Assembly: GCA_963750185.1 (NCBI GenBank)
Contig: CAVVPV010000014.1
Coordinates: forward strand, 128,521-192,520
Direction of reading: 5' to 3'
Length of the DNA: 64,000 nt
DNA from: an uncultured Verrucomicrobiae bacterium
GTDB lineage: Bacteria; Verrucomicrobiota; Verrucomicrobiia; Chthoniobacterales; JAFAMB01
The notes below the pieces were generated by a model, which saw nothing but the letters and a program-made list of their open reading frames with translations, was not told the origin of the DNA and ran no database searches. Shown piece by piece: positions 26,909 through 36,617 of this stretch (positions are counted from its first letter, which is position 1; each line of letters begins with the position of its first letter). The position numbers were made by a program, and so were the translations under genes.

Positions 26909-28057
26909 ATGGCGGACTATCGTAGTGACGACCCGGACGGAGGTTTTAAAAAGATCTTCGTCGCAATCGCAGCCCTCCATTTGGTCCTGCTCGGAGGATT
27001 GTTTCTGCTGGCTCGGTTCCAATCGAAGGACGATAAAGAGACCTTGGTTTGGATGAGCCCGGGATCGTTTGGCGGCGATTCGGGCACCAGTTCGGCCCAG
27101 GGAGCCACACCGCAAGATGCGGCGACTCCCCAAACGGAAGAAGCGAAAACGCCCTCTGTGCCGCAAACCGCGCAGGAAGAGCAAACGCCGGAACCGACCC
27201 CGGAGCAACAGCCTACGCCTCCTCCGCCAGAGGCGACTCCCGAACTTCCGCAGCCGCCGCCGCCACCATCACCTCCCCTGACGCTTCCACCGGCCGAGGA
27301 GAAATCCAATCCGCCGATCTCGACTCCCACCCCGCGCCCGTCGGTTGAACCGACCCCGAGACCGACCCCCAGGCCGACGCCGAGGCCAACTCCGAAGCCA
27401 ACTCCGAAACCCACACCCAAACCAACGCCGAAGCCCACCCCGAAGCCGACGCCAAAGGAGAAACCGAAGGAGAACGAAAAAGAAAAGCCGAAGGAGCAGG
27501 AGAAGGAAAAAGAGAAAGAAACGGGTGAGAAGAGGGAAAAACCAAAGAGCGAATCTTCGCCGACGCCGAAGGCATCACCCGGCAAACCGGAAAAGAAGGA
27601 AACACCGAGTCCGTCGCCCCTGGAAGGCGACGAAGAGACCGCCGGTGAAAAGTCCAAAGAGAGGCAAGGGCACCGAGAAGAATCTGATCAGTCTGGATCG
27701 GATGCCGGTAGTGGGACGGCGAAAGGGCCCGGGAACGGAAAGGGCATCGGAGACACCAAAGGGAGTGGCTCCGGCGATTCCGGCCTTGAAGGGTACGTTG
27801 GGATTCTCACGAATCGGTTCGAGGCGGCCTGGAACCAGCCGACAAGCGAGATGGCGTTAGGGAAGACGCTCTCTGTCACGGTAAAGATTAAAATCGAGGC
27901 TGACGGAAAGGTCACGGAATTCGAGATCGTTGACGGCTCAGGGAACTCGGTCGTGGACGACTCGGTTCGGGAGGCTGGGAAGAAACTGATTAAGCTGCCC
28001 CCGCCGCCGAACGGTCGTCCGTTTTCGGCTCCCGTGCGGTTCGAGCTTGGGAATTAG
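26909..28057 (+). CDS. tonB: TonB-family energy transducer with a very long Pro/Thr/Lys-rich spacer
   Basis: N-terminal TM ([19 protein letters not shown]). A (PTPR/PTPK)n tract is encoded at ~27349-27450, followed by a KE-rich tract. The C-terminal TonB_C-like module reads [36 protein letters not shown]...VRFEL. Confidence 0.75.
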   Translation: MADYRSDDPDGGFKKIFVAIAALHLVLLGGLFLLARFQSKDDKETLVWMSPGSFGGDSGTSSAQGATPQDAATPQTEEAKTPSVPQTAQEEQTPEPTPEQQPTPPPPEATPELPQPPPPPSPPLTLPPAEEKSNPPISTPTPRPSVEPTPRPTPRPTPRPTPKPTPKPTPKPTPKPTPKPTPKEKPKENEKEKPKEQEKEKEKETGEKREKPKSESSPTPKASPGKPEKKETPSPSPLEGDEETAGEKSKERQGHREESDQSGSDAGSGTAKGPGNGKGIGDTKGSGSGDSGLEGYVGILTNRFEAAWNQPTSEMALGKTLSVTVKIKIEADGKVTEFEIVDGSGNSVVDDSVREAGKKLIKLPPPPNGRPFSAPVRFELGN

Positions 28058-28117
28058 CCGCGCTGAAAAACAGCCAGCTGATCCGGCAGTGGCCTATAAG
28101 CGTTCACTTATGCGTGA

Positions 28118-28178
28118 GTAGGCGAAGCGTCCCGCTTTGCAGCTCTTCAAAAGGGGCACAAACTGAGACGCCTCCGCC
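28118..28178. repeat. REP-like palindrome, GCGAAGCGTCCCGCTTTGC family (right arm degenerate)
   Basis: GTAGGCGAAGCGTCCCGCTTTGC at 28118-28140 is the same arm as at 38171 and 40437. It is preceded by ATAAGCGTTCACTTAT (28096-28111), a motif that also occurs twice near 1092 and 1172. Confidence 0.7.
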
Positions 28179-28223
28179 AGCTCTGAATCGCTCAAGTAAA
28201 TGTTTATGAGCAATCGCCGGACG

Positions 28224-28256
28224 AAAGTTCATGTTAATTCGGGGACAGGACACTAG
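28224..28256 (+). promoter_or_regulatory. 33-bp conserved upstream motif, copy 1 (AAAGTTCATGTTAATTCGGGGACAGGACACTAG)
   Basis: Near-identical to 38398-38430 (2 mismatches) and similar to 35779-35811. It lies 70 nt upstream of the kinase ATG. Confidence 0.6.
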
Positions 28257-28325
28257 GCAATCCTACAATGCCCCTTTGTTTCGTTGCGTCGCCGATTACC
28301 GTCTGCTTTACTTAGAACGCACAAA

Positions 28326-31300
28326 ATGGCGGACGCTGAGCGTTATCAGCATTACGAAGTTCTTAAGCGCGGTGATGGGAGTCTATGGGAATTGGGCAGG
28401 GGAGCCATGGGGATCACCTATAAGGCTTTCGACACGAATCTTCGTTGTCCGGTTGCCTTGAAGGTCATCAATAACACCTACCTTAACAGCGACGTCGCCC
28501 GTCAGCGGTTCCTGAGAGAGGCGCGTGCCGCTGCGGCGCTTCGGCACCAGAATGTTGCGTCTGTCTTTCATTTGGGGACAGACCACGACAGCTATTTCTA
28601 CGCGATGGAGTTCATCGACGGCGAGACTGTTGATGCGTACATGAAGCGAGTCGGCGCGCTTAGCCCTCTCGAAGCCCTCGGAATAACGCTCCAGGTCTGC
28701 AGGGCGCTCACCGCCGCTGCCAGACAACAGTTGGTCCACAGGGACCTGAAGCCTGCGAACCTGATGCTGGTAGATCAGGAGGGTGAAAAGGTGGTCAAAG
28801 TCATCGATTTCGGCCTCGCCAAAAGTGCCAAGAAAGAGGGCGAAGATTCGGGTACCTTGACAGTCGGTGGCGGCTTTGTCGGCACGCCCCATTTTGCGAG
28901 TCCCGAACAGCTTGAAGAACGGGACATCGATATCCGTTCGGATATCTACTCCCTCGGGGCGACCCTCTATTACATGATCTCCGGCCGACCGCCCTTTTCT
29001 GGATCGGTGGCGCAAATCATGAGCCAGCATCTGTACAAGCCGCTTCCGTTGGAACCTCTGGAGGGTTCCCCGTCTTGTGTGGTGCAGCTGGTTCAGCGAA
29101 TGATGGAAAAGGATCGGGCGAACCGGCCGCAAACCCCAGGCGATCTGCGCCAGGAAGTCTTGCGTTGCATTGAATCGATTCAGGCAGATGCCACCGCGCT
29201 CCAGCGTTCGGTTGGCACCCTTGGAGGGGCTGCGGAATCAACTGAGACCCTCGCGCACAGCAGCGCGACAACCGATAATCGCCTGGAGTCCCAAGGCGCC
29301 GGTATGATCGCCATGCGATACAGGATCGCGCGCGATCTGGGCGACATTGCGCAAGGACATCGGTTCCTCGCCCACGACGTTCAAACCGGTCGGCAAGTTT
29401 CGATTCTTGTGTTCAATGAAAAGTTTTTATCTGATCGCAAGCGGTACACTGCGCTGGAACAGGAGATTGACCAGCTTCGGCGCACGCCGAGGCCTGAACT
29501 CCAGGAAATCTATTCTCTGGAAAGCATCGGGCAGCAAAGCTTTATCGTTCAGGAAGTCGTGACAGGGCCGGCTCTGGTCCAGGTTCTTCGGACCCGAAGC
29601 GCTCTCACGTTGCTGGAAGGTCTGCGGTTGTTGCGGTTGCTTGCGCCGGTCGCCGACCATGCGCAATCGAACCGACTACAGCAGGTCGCTTTGACGATTT
29701 CGGGCGTGCATCTGACGATGCCCGGATTAACGGCGCAGGGAGTCGACAACGCCCTCCTCCAGAAACCGTTGACGCAATGGAACCAGCTGGGGGTCAAGGT
29801 CGAACCGGTCGATTTTTCACTCTCTTCATCCGAGTTCAATTCAGCGACCTGGGCTGGATCAGCGACGCTGGTGCAGGGCTCCTCCGGCGAAGGACCCCGA
29901 GGCAGTTATCTTGGGATGCTGAGCCTACTCATTTACGAGATGCTCGGTGGTCCGCGGAACGTCGTCGAATCGACAGGGCGTTACACGCCAATCGCCGTTC
30001 TCACGGAAGAAGGGAACGCCATTCTTCGACGGGGACTTACTGACCAGCTGAGTTCGGCCGCCGAAATGAGCCGGTTGCTCGACATCCAATATCCATCACG
30101 AGCCACTGATCCGGGATTTGGACAGACCGCACCGCCACCGCCGGTGCCGCGCCCATCATTCGAAGGCGCAGCCCCGCCGTCGATAATTCCTGGCCGCGCC
30201 TCGCAGCCCAGCGCTCCACCGCCAGTGCTGCCGACTCCTCCGGTCGTGCCACCGCCGCCGCCTAAGAAGCCCGAAAAACGGAAGATGTCTCTTGCCGGGT
30301 TGCTGCTGATGGCGGCGTTAATCGTTTTGCTGATTGGCGGATTGGGCTACGCCATCTATCTCATGTTATCAGGGGCGCAAGTGGTGCAATCGGGAACCGG
30401 GCGCCCAACGCCGGTTACCCAGGAGACTCCGCGCCAGCGACCAACGATGTCGCCGACACCTGTCGAGACTCCAACCCCGATCGCTGCCACCCCGATGCCT
30501 ACGCCGACACCGGTCTCGACTCCCGAAGTGACGCCGTCGGCAGCGGCCACACCTATCCCGACCCCCACTGAGGTACCGTCCCCGCCAGCTACGCCGACTC
30601 CGGTGCTGACCCCAACCCCGACCAGCAGCGCACCGCCGGCGGATGACTTTGAAGAAAGACTCGACGAAGCGCAGGCGCTTGGCCGGTCCGGAGACTGGCA
30701 GGGCGCCATGAAAGGCTACCTTGCTTTGAGCGATCGATATCCGGAAAGATCACTGGCTCTTACTCGACTCGAGAATCTCCTTGCCGGACTTCACAGCGAA
30801 GGAAAATTGGATCCTCAAAGCTTCGCCGAGTCCAAATCCGACTTTGTTCATGCGGCCGAAAAAGGGGTCGTTCCGGCTATGCTGATTGTCGCCAAGTTCA
30901 CCCGTGAAAGCGATCCGGCGGAAGCGATGAAATGGTTCGAGCTCGCCGCCGCTAAAGGGAGCGCCCCGGCGATGGTGGAGGCCGGTTTGATGTATTCAAA
31001 TCGGCGGCAACCGGGTGACGACCACAAAGCGCTAGAGTACTTTTTGCAGGCCGCAAATACCGGGGATCGAATCGGGAAATATTTGGCCGGAGAATGCTAT
31101 TACTACGGCAAAGGCATTCCAGCCGACGTCGATAAGGCGCTTGTTTTCCTTCAGGAAGCCGCCGCACTCCAGGAACCGCGCGCAATGGATCTGCTCGGAA
31201 CGCATTTTCGGAAGGTCGGACGGTTCGATCAGGCGCGAAAATATTATGAAGAAGCCGCTGGCGAGGGATATGCGCTTTCTCTGTCGAACCTTGGCGTTCT

Positions 31301-31529
31301 TTACATGAATGGTGAGGGGGTGGCGCGCAGCCCGGAAATTGCGGCAAACCTTTTCAAGCAAGGAGCGGAGAAAGGCGATCCGAACGGAATGTTCTTCTAC
31401 GCCGGGTGTCTCGAACAAGGCCTCGGTGTCCCAAAAGATTTCAAGATGGCTGTCGAATGGTTCAAACGATCCGCGCGAGCCGGGAACCCGCGAGCCGTCG
31501 AGTGGTGCCGCACTCACGGGATTCAGTAG
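28326..31529 (+). CDS. Ser/Thr protein kinase with a degenerate second kinase-like region, one TM helix and C-terminal Sel1 repeats
   Basis: GRGAMGITYKA, VALKVI, HRDLKPANLM, DFGLA and SPEQ kinase subdomains. TM helix LAGLLLMAALIVLLIGGLGYAIYLML. PT-rich linker, then repeated Sel1-like units (GDPNGMFFYAGCLEQGLGVPKDFKMAVEWFKRSARAGNPRA). Start set to ATG 28326. Confidence 0.9.
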   Translation: MADAERYQHYEVLKRGDGSLWELGRGAMGITYKAFDTNLRCPVALKVINNTYLNSDVARQRFLREARAAAALRHQNVASVFHLGTDHDSYFYAMEFIDGETVDAYMKRVGALSPLEALGITLQVCRALTAAARQQLVHRDLKPANLMLVDQEGEKVVKVIDFGLAKSAKKEGEDSGTLTVGGGFVGTPHFASPEQLEERDIDIRSDIYSLGATLYYMISGRPPFSGSVAQIMSQHLYKPLPLEPLEGSPSCVVQLVQRMMEKDRANRPQTPGDLRQEVLRCIESIQADATALQRSVGTLGGAAESTETLAHSSATTDNRLESQGAGMIAMRYRIARDLGDIAQGHRFLAHDVQTGRQVSILVFNEKFLSDRKRYTALEQEIDQLRRTPRPELQEIYSLESIGQQSFIVQEVVTGPALVQVLRTRSALTLLEGLRLLRLLAPVADHAQSNRLQQVALTISGVHLTMPGLTAQGVDNALLQKPLTQWNQLGVKVEPVDFSLSSSEFNSATWAGSATLVQGSSGEGPRGSYLGMLSLLIYEMLGGPRNVVESTGRYTPIAVLTEEGNAILRRGLTDQLSSAAEMSRLLDIQYPSRATDPGFGQTAPPPPVPRPSFEGAAPPSIIPGRASQPSAPPPVLPTPPVVPPPPPKKPEKRKMSLAGLLLMAALIVLLIGGLGYAIYLMLSGAQVVQSGTGRPTPVTQETPRQRPTMSPTPVETPTPIAATPMPTPTPVSTPEVTPSAAATPIPTPTEVPSPPATPTPVLTPTPTSSAPPADDFEERLDEAQALGRSGDWQGAMKGYLALSDRYPERSLALTRLENLLAGLHSEGKLDPQSFAESKSDFVHAAEKGVVPAMLIVAKFTRESDPAEAMKWFELAAAKGSAPAMVEAGLMYSNRRQPGDDHKALEYFLQAANTGDRIGKYLAGECYYYGKGIPADVDKALVFLQEAAALQEPRAMDLLGTHFRKVGRFDQARKYYEEAAGEGYALSLSNLGVLYMNGEGVARSPEIAANLFKQGAEKGDPNGMFFYAGCLEQGLGVPKDFKMAVEWFKRSARAGNPRAVEWCRTHGIQ

Positions 31530-31537
31530 GAATCGAT

Positions 31538-32938
31538 ATGCACAGTCCGAACCCTCCTCCCACAACTATGCCAACCTCCGCATCCACGGCGGCTGAAGAA
31601 GCCGTTTACCGAAAAATCGCCTCTCGAATTATCCCGGTCTTGTTCATCAGCTACATCGCCGCTTACCTCGACCGCGTTAATGTCGGGTTCGCCAAGCTGC
31701 AGATGCAGACCGATCTCCCGCAAATCAACGATGCAGTATTCGGACTCGGAGCGGGAATTTTCTTCCTCGGGTACTTCGTCTTCGAGGTTCCGAGCAACAT
31801 CCTGCTGGCGAAGATCGGTGCGCGGATCTGGATCGCGCGCATCATGGTCACCTGGGGCATTATCTCCGCCTCGATGGTGTTCGTGAATTCGGCCCTGGTA
31901 TTTTATGTACTCCGGTTTTTACTCGGGGTCGCAGAGGCCGGGTTTTTTCCAGGAATCATTCTTTATCTTACCTACTGGTTCCCGTCGCGACGTCGCGGGG
32001 AGACGGTTGCCCTGTTTATGCTGGCAATCGCGCTGACCGGGGTTATCGGAGCACCACTGTCCGGTTGGATATTGCATCAATTCAGCGGCTCGGGATGGAT
32101 GAACGGTTGGCGGATGCTTTACCTGTTCGAAGGGCTCCCGTCGATTCTTCTCGGACTCGCGATTCCTTTTCTGCTTTCGAACAGCGTCCGGTCAGCCGGC
32201 TGGCTTACAGAGGAGGAGAAAAGACTCGTTGAACGGAATCTCGCAGCCGAGGAGACGCATAAAGAGCACATGACTTTGATCGAGATTCTTTACGAGCCGC
32301 GGTTGCTGCTTTACGCAGCGTTGTATTTCTGTTGCGTCTTTGGTCTGTACGGGACCGGATTCTGGATTCCACAATTGATCAAAAACACCGGCGTTGCAGA
32401 CCCGTGGTACGTCGGTTTGCTGACAGCGATTCCATACGGGTTCGGCGCTGTCGCGATGGTTCTTCTTGGCAAAAATTCGGACCGGACCGGCGAACGCCGT
32501 CTACATTTTGCAGCGGCCGGATTTTTGGGAGCTGTGGGGATTGTCATCAGTAATCTGTTCAAGGAGAACACCCTCCTCTCGATGATAGGGCTGACACTTG
32601 CCACAATGGGTATTCTGGCCACGTTTCCGCTTTTCTGGCCGATGCCGACCGCGCTCCTCGCAGGAACGGCGGCAGCCGCAGGGATCGCATGGATCAATTC
32701 CCTGGGTAATCTGGCTGGTTTCTTTGGACCTTCGATTGTCGGCTGGTTCAATCAAGTCACCAAGCGAAGCGATTATGGTCTCTACGTCGTTGCCGGTTTC
32801 CTGGTCGCCGGCGCGAATTTAGCCCTTCTGTTTAGCCCTCGAAAGTTCGACGCGGACGCACCGAAGCGACGTGACGATAGTGCTTGTCTGCCAGCGTTGG
32901 ACTCGAGTAATGTGACGGTTCGCAAAAAGAATCTATGA
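31538..32938 (+). CDS. MFS transporter (anion:cation symporter-like)
   Basis: About 12 hydrophobic helices. LDRVNVGFAKLQM, and DRTGERR between helices. Start set to ATG 31538, 9 nt after the kinase stop. Confidence 0.8.
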   Translation: MHSPNPPPTTMPTSASTAAEEAVYRKIASRIIPVLFISYIAAYLDRVNVGFAKLQMQTDLPQINDAVFGLGAGIFFLGYFVFEVPSNILLAKIGARIWIARIMVTWGIISASMVFVNSALVFYVLRFLLGVAEAGFFPGIILYLTYWFPSRRRGETVALFMLAIALTGVIGAPLSGWILHQFSGSGWMNGWRMLYLFEGLPSILLGLAIPFLLSNSVRSAGWLTEEEKRLVERNLAAEETHKEHMTLIEILYEPRLLLYAALYFCCVFGLYGTGFWIPQLIKNTGVADPWYVGLLTAIPYGFGAVAMVLLGKNSDRTGERRLHFAAAGFLGAVGIVISNLFKENTLLSMIGLTLATMGILATFPLFWPMPTALLAGTAAAAGIAWINSLGNLAGFFGPSIVGWFNQVTKRSDYGLYVVAGFLVAGANLALLFSPRKFDADAPKRRDDSACLPALDSSNVTVRKKNL

Positions 32939-33450
32939 ACCCGGGACTGATCAAAACTTCATCCGCGATCTTAGTTGCAGGCCTGTTTCTGACGACAGGA
33001 TGCGAAAATCTTTCGCCGGAAGCGAACGGAGCGTTGTTCGGTGCCGGGGCGGGCGCTCTGGCCGGAGGTTTGGCGAAAGCAGCAGGGGCGAGCACATCGC
33101 AGGCAGTGGCGATCGGACTTGCGGCCGGAACGGTCGCCGGCGTGACTGCGTACATCGTCGCCAAACATAAGGCAACGGAGCGTCAGCGGCGCTATGCGGA
33201 AGAACGCGCGCGACTAGCCTACGAGAACGCACCTCCTCCTCGCAAAGCGGCTTACAAGAAGACTCGCTATATTGCGGTGGACACCGTGCGTGAAAAAGAT
33301 TCTACCGGTGCAAAATCGGTGATGATTTATGACACGCAGACGGACCAGGTCGTTGGAAACAACGTCTACGACGTCAAACAATCACCGAAAGAAGGCACAG
33401 TATCCAAGTTTGATACGTACTCTGCCGAGTACGTTGGCACCGGGGCATAG
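32935..33450 (+). CDS. Lipoprotein with Gly/Ala-zipper segment
   Basis: Lipobox LFLTTGC. GALFGAGAGALAGGLAKAAGA...GLAAGTVAGV. ATGA overlap with the MFS gene. Confidence 0.6.
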   Translation: MNPGLIKTSSAILVAGLFLTTGCENLSPEANGALFGAGAGALAGGLAKAAGASTSQAVAIGLAAGTVAGVTAYIVAKHKATERQRRYAEERARLAYENAPPPRKAAYKKTRYIAVDTVREKDSTGAKSVMIYDTQTDQVVGNNVYDVKQSPKEGTVSKFDTYSAEYVGTGA

Positions 33451-33598
33451 CCTCCTCTCCCCGGACGGTTGCGTTGAAAATGGGTCGTGCAGGCCGGATC
33501 GAGGATTGATTCGGGTTTGCTCCGCTCATCGCGCCTTGTAATTGGGTATCCGGTTTCATTGCTTGGTCTCACTGCCCGATTATGTCACTGGTAAGACC

Positions 33599-34528
33599 AT
33601 GGGCTTCGAACACCGTATATTAGATCAGGACGGCAATCGGTTGCACGAGATGACCGATACCGAAAGCGGCTATCGTCTCCAGGTTAACAACCTCGGGGCG
33701 GAGTTAGTTAGCATTGCGCGTCGCGCATCGACCGGTTCATGGGCAGGTTATCTGTACCGGGACGGAGACCTCGCACCCGCGGCAAAAGGCTGGCAATCCC
33801 ATGCGACGGTCATGGGTTACTTCCTTCACCGGTTAAAAGGAGAGAAAACCTCCTACGAGGGAGCTGAGATTCGCGGTGGAAATCATGGCTTTCTGCGCCA
33901 CAAGAAATTCACCGACCCACAGGTGCTGGTGAGTGAGTCCGGTACCCTAAGCTATTCGTTCCCGGCAGATCGGCTTGTTCCAATCGAATACCCGCGCAAG
34001 GTTTCGTTCCGGATCGATTACACACTCCGGGGGAATATGGTGCACGTGACATTCAATTTTCACAACGAAGAGACCGAACGCGACTCGCACGTGAGTTTCG
34101 GTTTGCACCCGGGATTTGCTGTTTCATCCGTCGAACGGGCTCGCGTGATACTGCCAAAAGGAACCTACAGACGCTATCTCGCACCGAATAATTTTTTAAG
34201 TGGTGAGACCGTCGAATATGAGTCGGACGGTGCAACGATGCCGATCAAACCGTTCGAATTACCCGATTCATTTCTGCTTGAAGCGGTCGATGTGGAGAGT
34301 CACGTGATACGACTTGTAGACGCAGGATTAAACCGGGAGATTGAGCTTGATTTTAATGAGGCTCCGTATTTTACGCTTTGGAGCGATCTGAACCCATTCA
34401 TTTGTATCGAGCCCTGTTGGGGCTTGCCTGATCATCAGGATCAACGACCTTTCGAGAAGAAACTTGGGATCCAGGCGATCCCGCCGCTCGGGACGCTGAC
34501 CCGGCGATTCTCGACACGTCTAAATTGA
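33599..34528 (+). CDS. Aldose 1-epimerase (galactose mutarotase-like) family protein
   Basis: About 310 aa, beta-rich. LQVNNLGAELVSI..., HGFLRHKKF, SFGLHPGF are mutarotase-fold-like motifs. Start set to ATG 33599. Confidence 0.5.
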   Translation: MGFEHRILDQDGNRLHEMTDTESGYRLQVNNLGAELVSIARRASTGSWAGYLYRDGDLAPAAKGWQSHATVMGYFLHRLKGEKTSYEGAEIRGGNHGFLRHKKFTDPQVLVSESGTLSYSFPADRLVPIEYPRKVSFRIDYTLRGNMVHVTFNFHNEETERDSHVSFGLHPGFAVSSVERARVILPKGTYRRYLAPNNFLSGETVEYESDGATMPIKPFELPDSFLLEAVDVESHVIRLVDAGLNREIELDFNEAPYFTLWSDLNPFICIEPCWGLPDHQDQRPFEKKLGIQAIPPLGTLTRRFSTRLN

Positions 34529-35745
34529 GAATGAACCTTGTTGAAACTCTCAGGCAACGGTCCGAATTGCAGCCTGGTGTGCCGGCACTAGTCGATCCAA
34601 GCCTTGCGGGTGACAGAATTCTGACCTACTCCGGTTTGAACCGGCTTGTCGATTTTCTTTCATTCGATCTGCGCGAGAAAAATATCGGGGCTGGCGACCG
34701 CGTCCTGATGGGAATCTCGCCGTCGCAGGAGATGTATGGTTACCTGTTGGCGGCGCTCGAGGTTGGGGCGACTCCGATCTTGTGCGACCGGGCATCGCCG
34801 CACGACGAGTTCATCGAGTGGATAAGCGCACTGCGACCGAAAGGCTGCATTATCCCGAGAGGCGGATGGGTCGGATCCCACTTCGATGGAGTTCTCAAAA
34901 ATATCCCCTCCAAGATTTTCGTGGGCCGAGTTCGGTCGCAGGCGAGGTGGTTGCGCCTCGGAAAACTGGGTGCTCTGGAGGAGCGTCCTCCAAATTCGCC
35001 GGCGCTGATCTCGCTGGTTCACGAACATTCAAACCACCTCTCGTTTCGAGTCTGGTCGCAGGAACAACTCCAGGAAAGCATTCAGTTCCTGGTCGCCCAG
35101 CTAAAGTTGAAGGCGGGGGAAATCGATTTGTGCGCCTCCACTTTGCATCTCCTCGCTAACTTCGCGGCCGGCCTGACCAGCATCATTGCGACTCGGTCCG
35201 GCCGGTACCTCGGCCGGCAGCTTGAGAAATTCAAACCGACTCGGATCGCAGCCGGCAGCCCGGTCGTGCGCCGGCTCTTGCGGAATCCAGGGTCGCCGCT
35301 TCACAAAGTTTTCATCACCGACGCGCCGATTGAACAAAACGAAGCCGACTATTTTACAGGGCTTATCCAGCGAGCCAATATCGAGCTGGTTTTCTACAGT
35401 GATCTGCCTTTGGCATCTCTTGCGCTGAAGGAGTACGAACGAAAGGAGAATGCAAACCTCATCGGCACCTTTTCTCCCTCTGTCGAGACTCGGGTTGCAG
35501 TCCGCGATGGGGCGGAGTATCCGTCCGCCGCGACAGCAGGTCCCCCGGAAAGCGCTCCGCTTGGGCAAATCGGAGAACTGTTCGTTCGAGGATCGTTTCT
35601 GCCGAATCGCCAAACGCTTGTGAGCCTGGCAGAAGACGGAGTAGCCTGCGAGGGATTGACCGGAGACGAATGGCGCGCGACCGGCGTGTCTGGATATTTC
35701 GACGACGAATCTCGGTTCTGGCTGATTGAGGCTGCCGCGGGGTAG
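34525..35745 (+). CDS. AMP-dependent synthetase/ligase-like protein with degenerate core motif
   Basis: The N-terminal region resembles adenylate-forming enzymes (ALVDPSLAGDRILTYSGLNRLVDFLSFDLREKNIGAGDRVLMGISPSQEMYGYLLAALEVGATPIL), but I see no canonical T[SG]GTTGxPKG loop. Confidence 0.45.
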   Translation: MRMNLVETLRQRSELQPGVPALVDPSLAGDRILTYSGLNRLVDFLSFDLREKNIGAGDRVLMGISPSQEMYGYLLAALEVGATPILCDRASPHDEFIEWISALRPKGCIIPRGGWVGSHFDGVLKNIPSKIFVGRVRSQARWLRLGKLGALEERPPNSPALISLVHEHSNHLSFRVWSQEQLQESIQFLVAQLKLKAGEIDLCASTLHLLANFAAGLTSIIATRSGRYLGRQLEKFKPTRIAAGSPVVRRLLRNPGSPLHKVFITDAPIEQNEADYFTGLIQRANIELVFYSDLPLASLALKEYERKENANLIGTFSPSVETRVAVRDGAEYPSAATAGPPESAPLGQIGELFVRGSFLPNRQTLVSLAEDGVACEGLTGDEWRATGVSGYFDDESRFWLIEAAAG

Positions 35746-35778
35746 GCCGGATGGGGGAAGCGTGTGGGCCTATCGCAA

Positions 35779-35811
35779 CAAAGTAAATGCTATTTCGGGG
35801 ACAGGGCACTA
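35779..35811 (+). promoter_or_regulatory. 33-bp conserved upstream motif, copy 2 (AAAGTAAATGCTATTTCGGGGACAGGGCACTAG)
   Basis: It aligns with copies at 28224 and 38398 and ends 12 nt before the hisF ATG. Confidence 0.6.
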
Positions 35812-35823
35812 GTTTCGGTCTGG

Positions 35824-36582
35824 ATGCTGACCAAACGAATTATCCCATGCCTCGACGTCACGGACGGGCGAGTCGTCAAAGGAACGAAATTTTTGCGCCT
35901 GCGCGATGCCGGCGACCCGGTCGAGTGTGCGATCGAATATAATCGACAGGGAGCCGATGAATTGGTCTTTCTTGATATCACCGCTTCTTCAGATAATCGC
36001 CGAACGATGATCGACGTTGTCCGGCGGACAGCCGAACAATGTTTTATGCCGCTCACGGTCGGGGGTGGCATCCGGACGGTGTCCGATGTCCGGGAAATGC
36101 TGCTTGCCGGAGCTGACAAGGTCAGTATGAACACCGCTGCAATCAAGGAACCTGAATTGATTGCGCGCTCGGCCGATGCGTTTGGAGTCCAATGCATCGT
36201 GGTTGCGATCGATGCAAAACGCACCGGACCAGGTCACTGGACGGTATTTACGCACGGTGGCCGGAATCCCACGGATCTCGATGCTGTCGAGTGGGCACGC
36301 GAAGTGGAGAGGCTCGGCGGCGGGGAAATTCTGCTCACGAGCATGGATGCGGATGGCACAAAGGAAGGTTACGATCTTGAGCTAACCGCCGCAGTCAGTT
36401 CGGCCCTCGGTATCCCTGTCATTGCGAGTGGTGGCGCCGGCACCTTGAAACATCTCCTGGATGGGCTGACGCGCGGAAAAGCAGATGCAGTTCTGGCCGC
36501 GAGCATCTTCCATTTCGGCGAGTACACCGTCGCTCAGGCAAAGCATTATCTTGCTGAAAACGCCGTCCCGGTGCGCCTTTAG
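35824..36582 (+). CDS. hisF: Imidazole glycerol phosphate synthase cyclase subunit
   Basis: [23 protein letters not shown]...LVFLDITAS...PLTVGGGIR...SGGAG: full-length HisF. Confidence 0.95.
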   Translation: MLTKRIIPCLDVTDGRVVKGTKFLRLRDAGDPVECAIEYNRQGADELVFLDITASSDNRRTMIDVVRRTAEQCFMPLTVGGGIRTVSDVREMLLAGADKVSMNTAAIKEPELIARSADAFGVQCIVVAIDAKRTGPGHWTVFTHGGRNPTDLDAVEWAREVERLGGGEILLTSMDADGTKEGYDLELTAAVSSALGIPVIASGGAGTLKHLLDGLTRGKADAVLAASIFHFGEYTVAQAKHYLAENAVPVRL

Positions 36583-36617
36583 ACCGCGTTTGCGCGATCG
36601 CATGGTTCAAACGTGGC

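Noticed and set aside
26917-27657. 246-aa minus-strand ORF (Gly/Val/Phe/Ser low complexity), plus several plus-strand alternative-frame ORFs at 27049-27860
   Set aside because: These are antisense or off-frame readings of the Pro/Thr/Lys repeat tract of tonB. Their composition is dictated by the repeat.
28231-28461. 76-aa ORF starting MLIRGQDTRQ, with similar short ORFs at 35764 and 38352
   Set aside because: The start codon and first residues are supplied by the conserved 33-bp motif, which is read in different frames at different copies. The rest overlaps the kinase gene out of frame.
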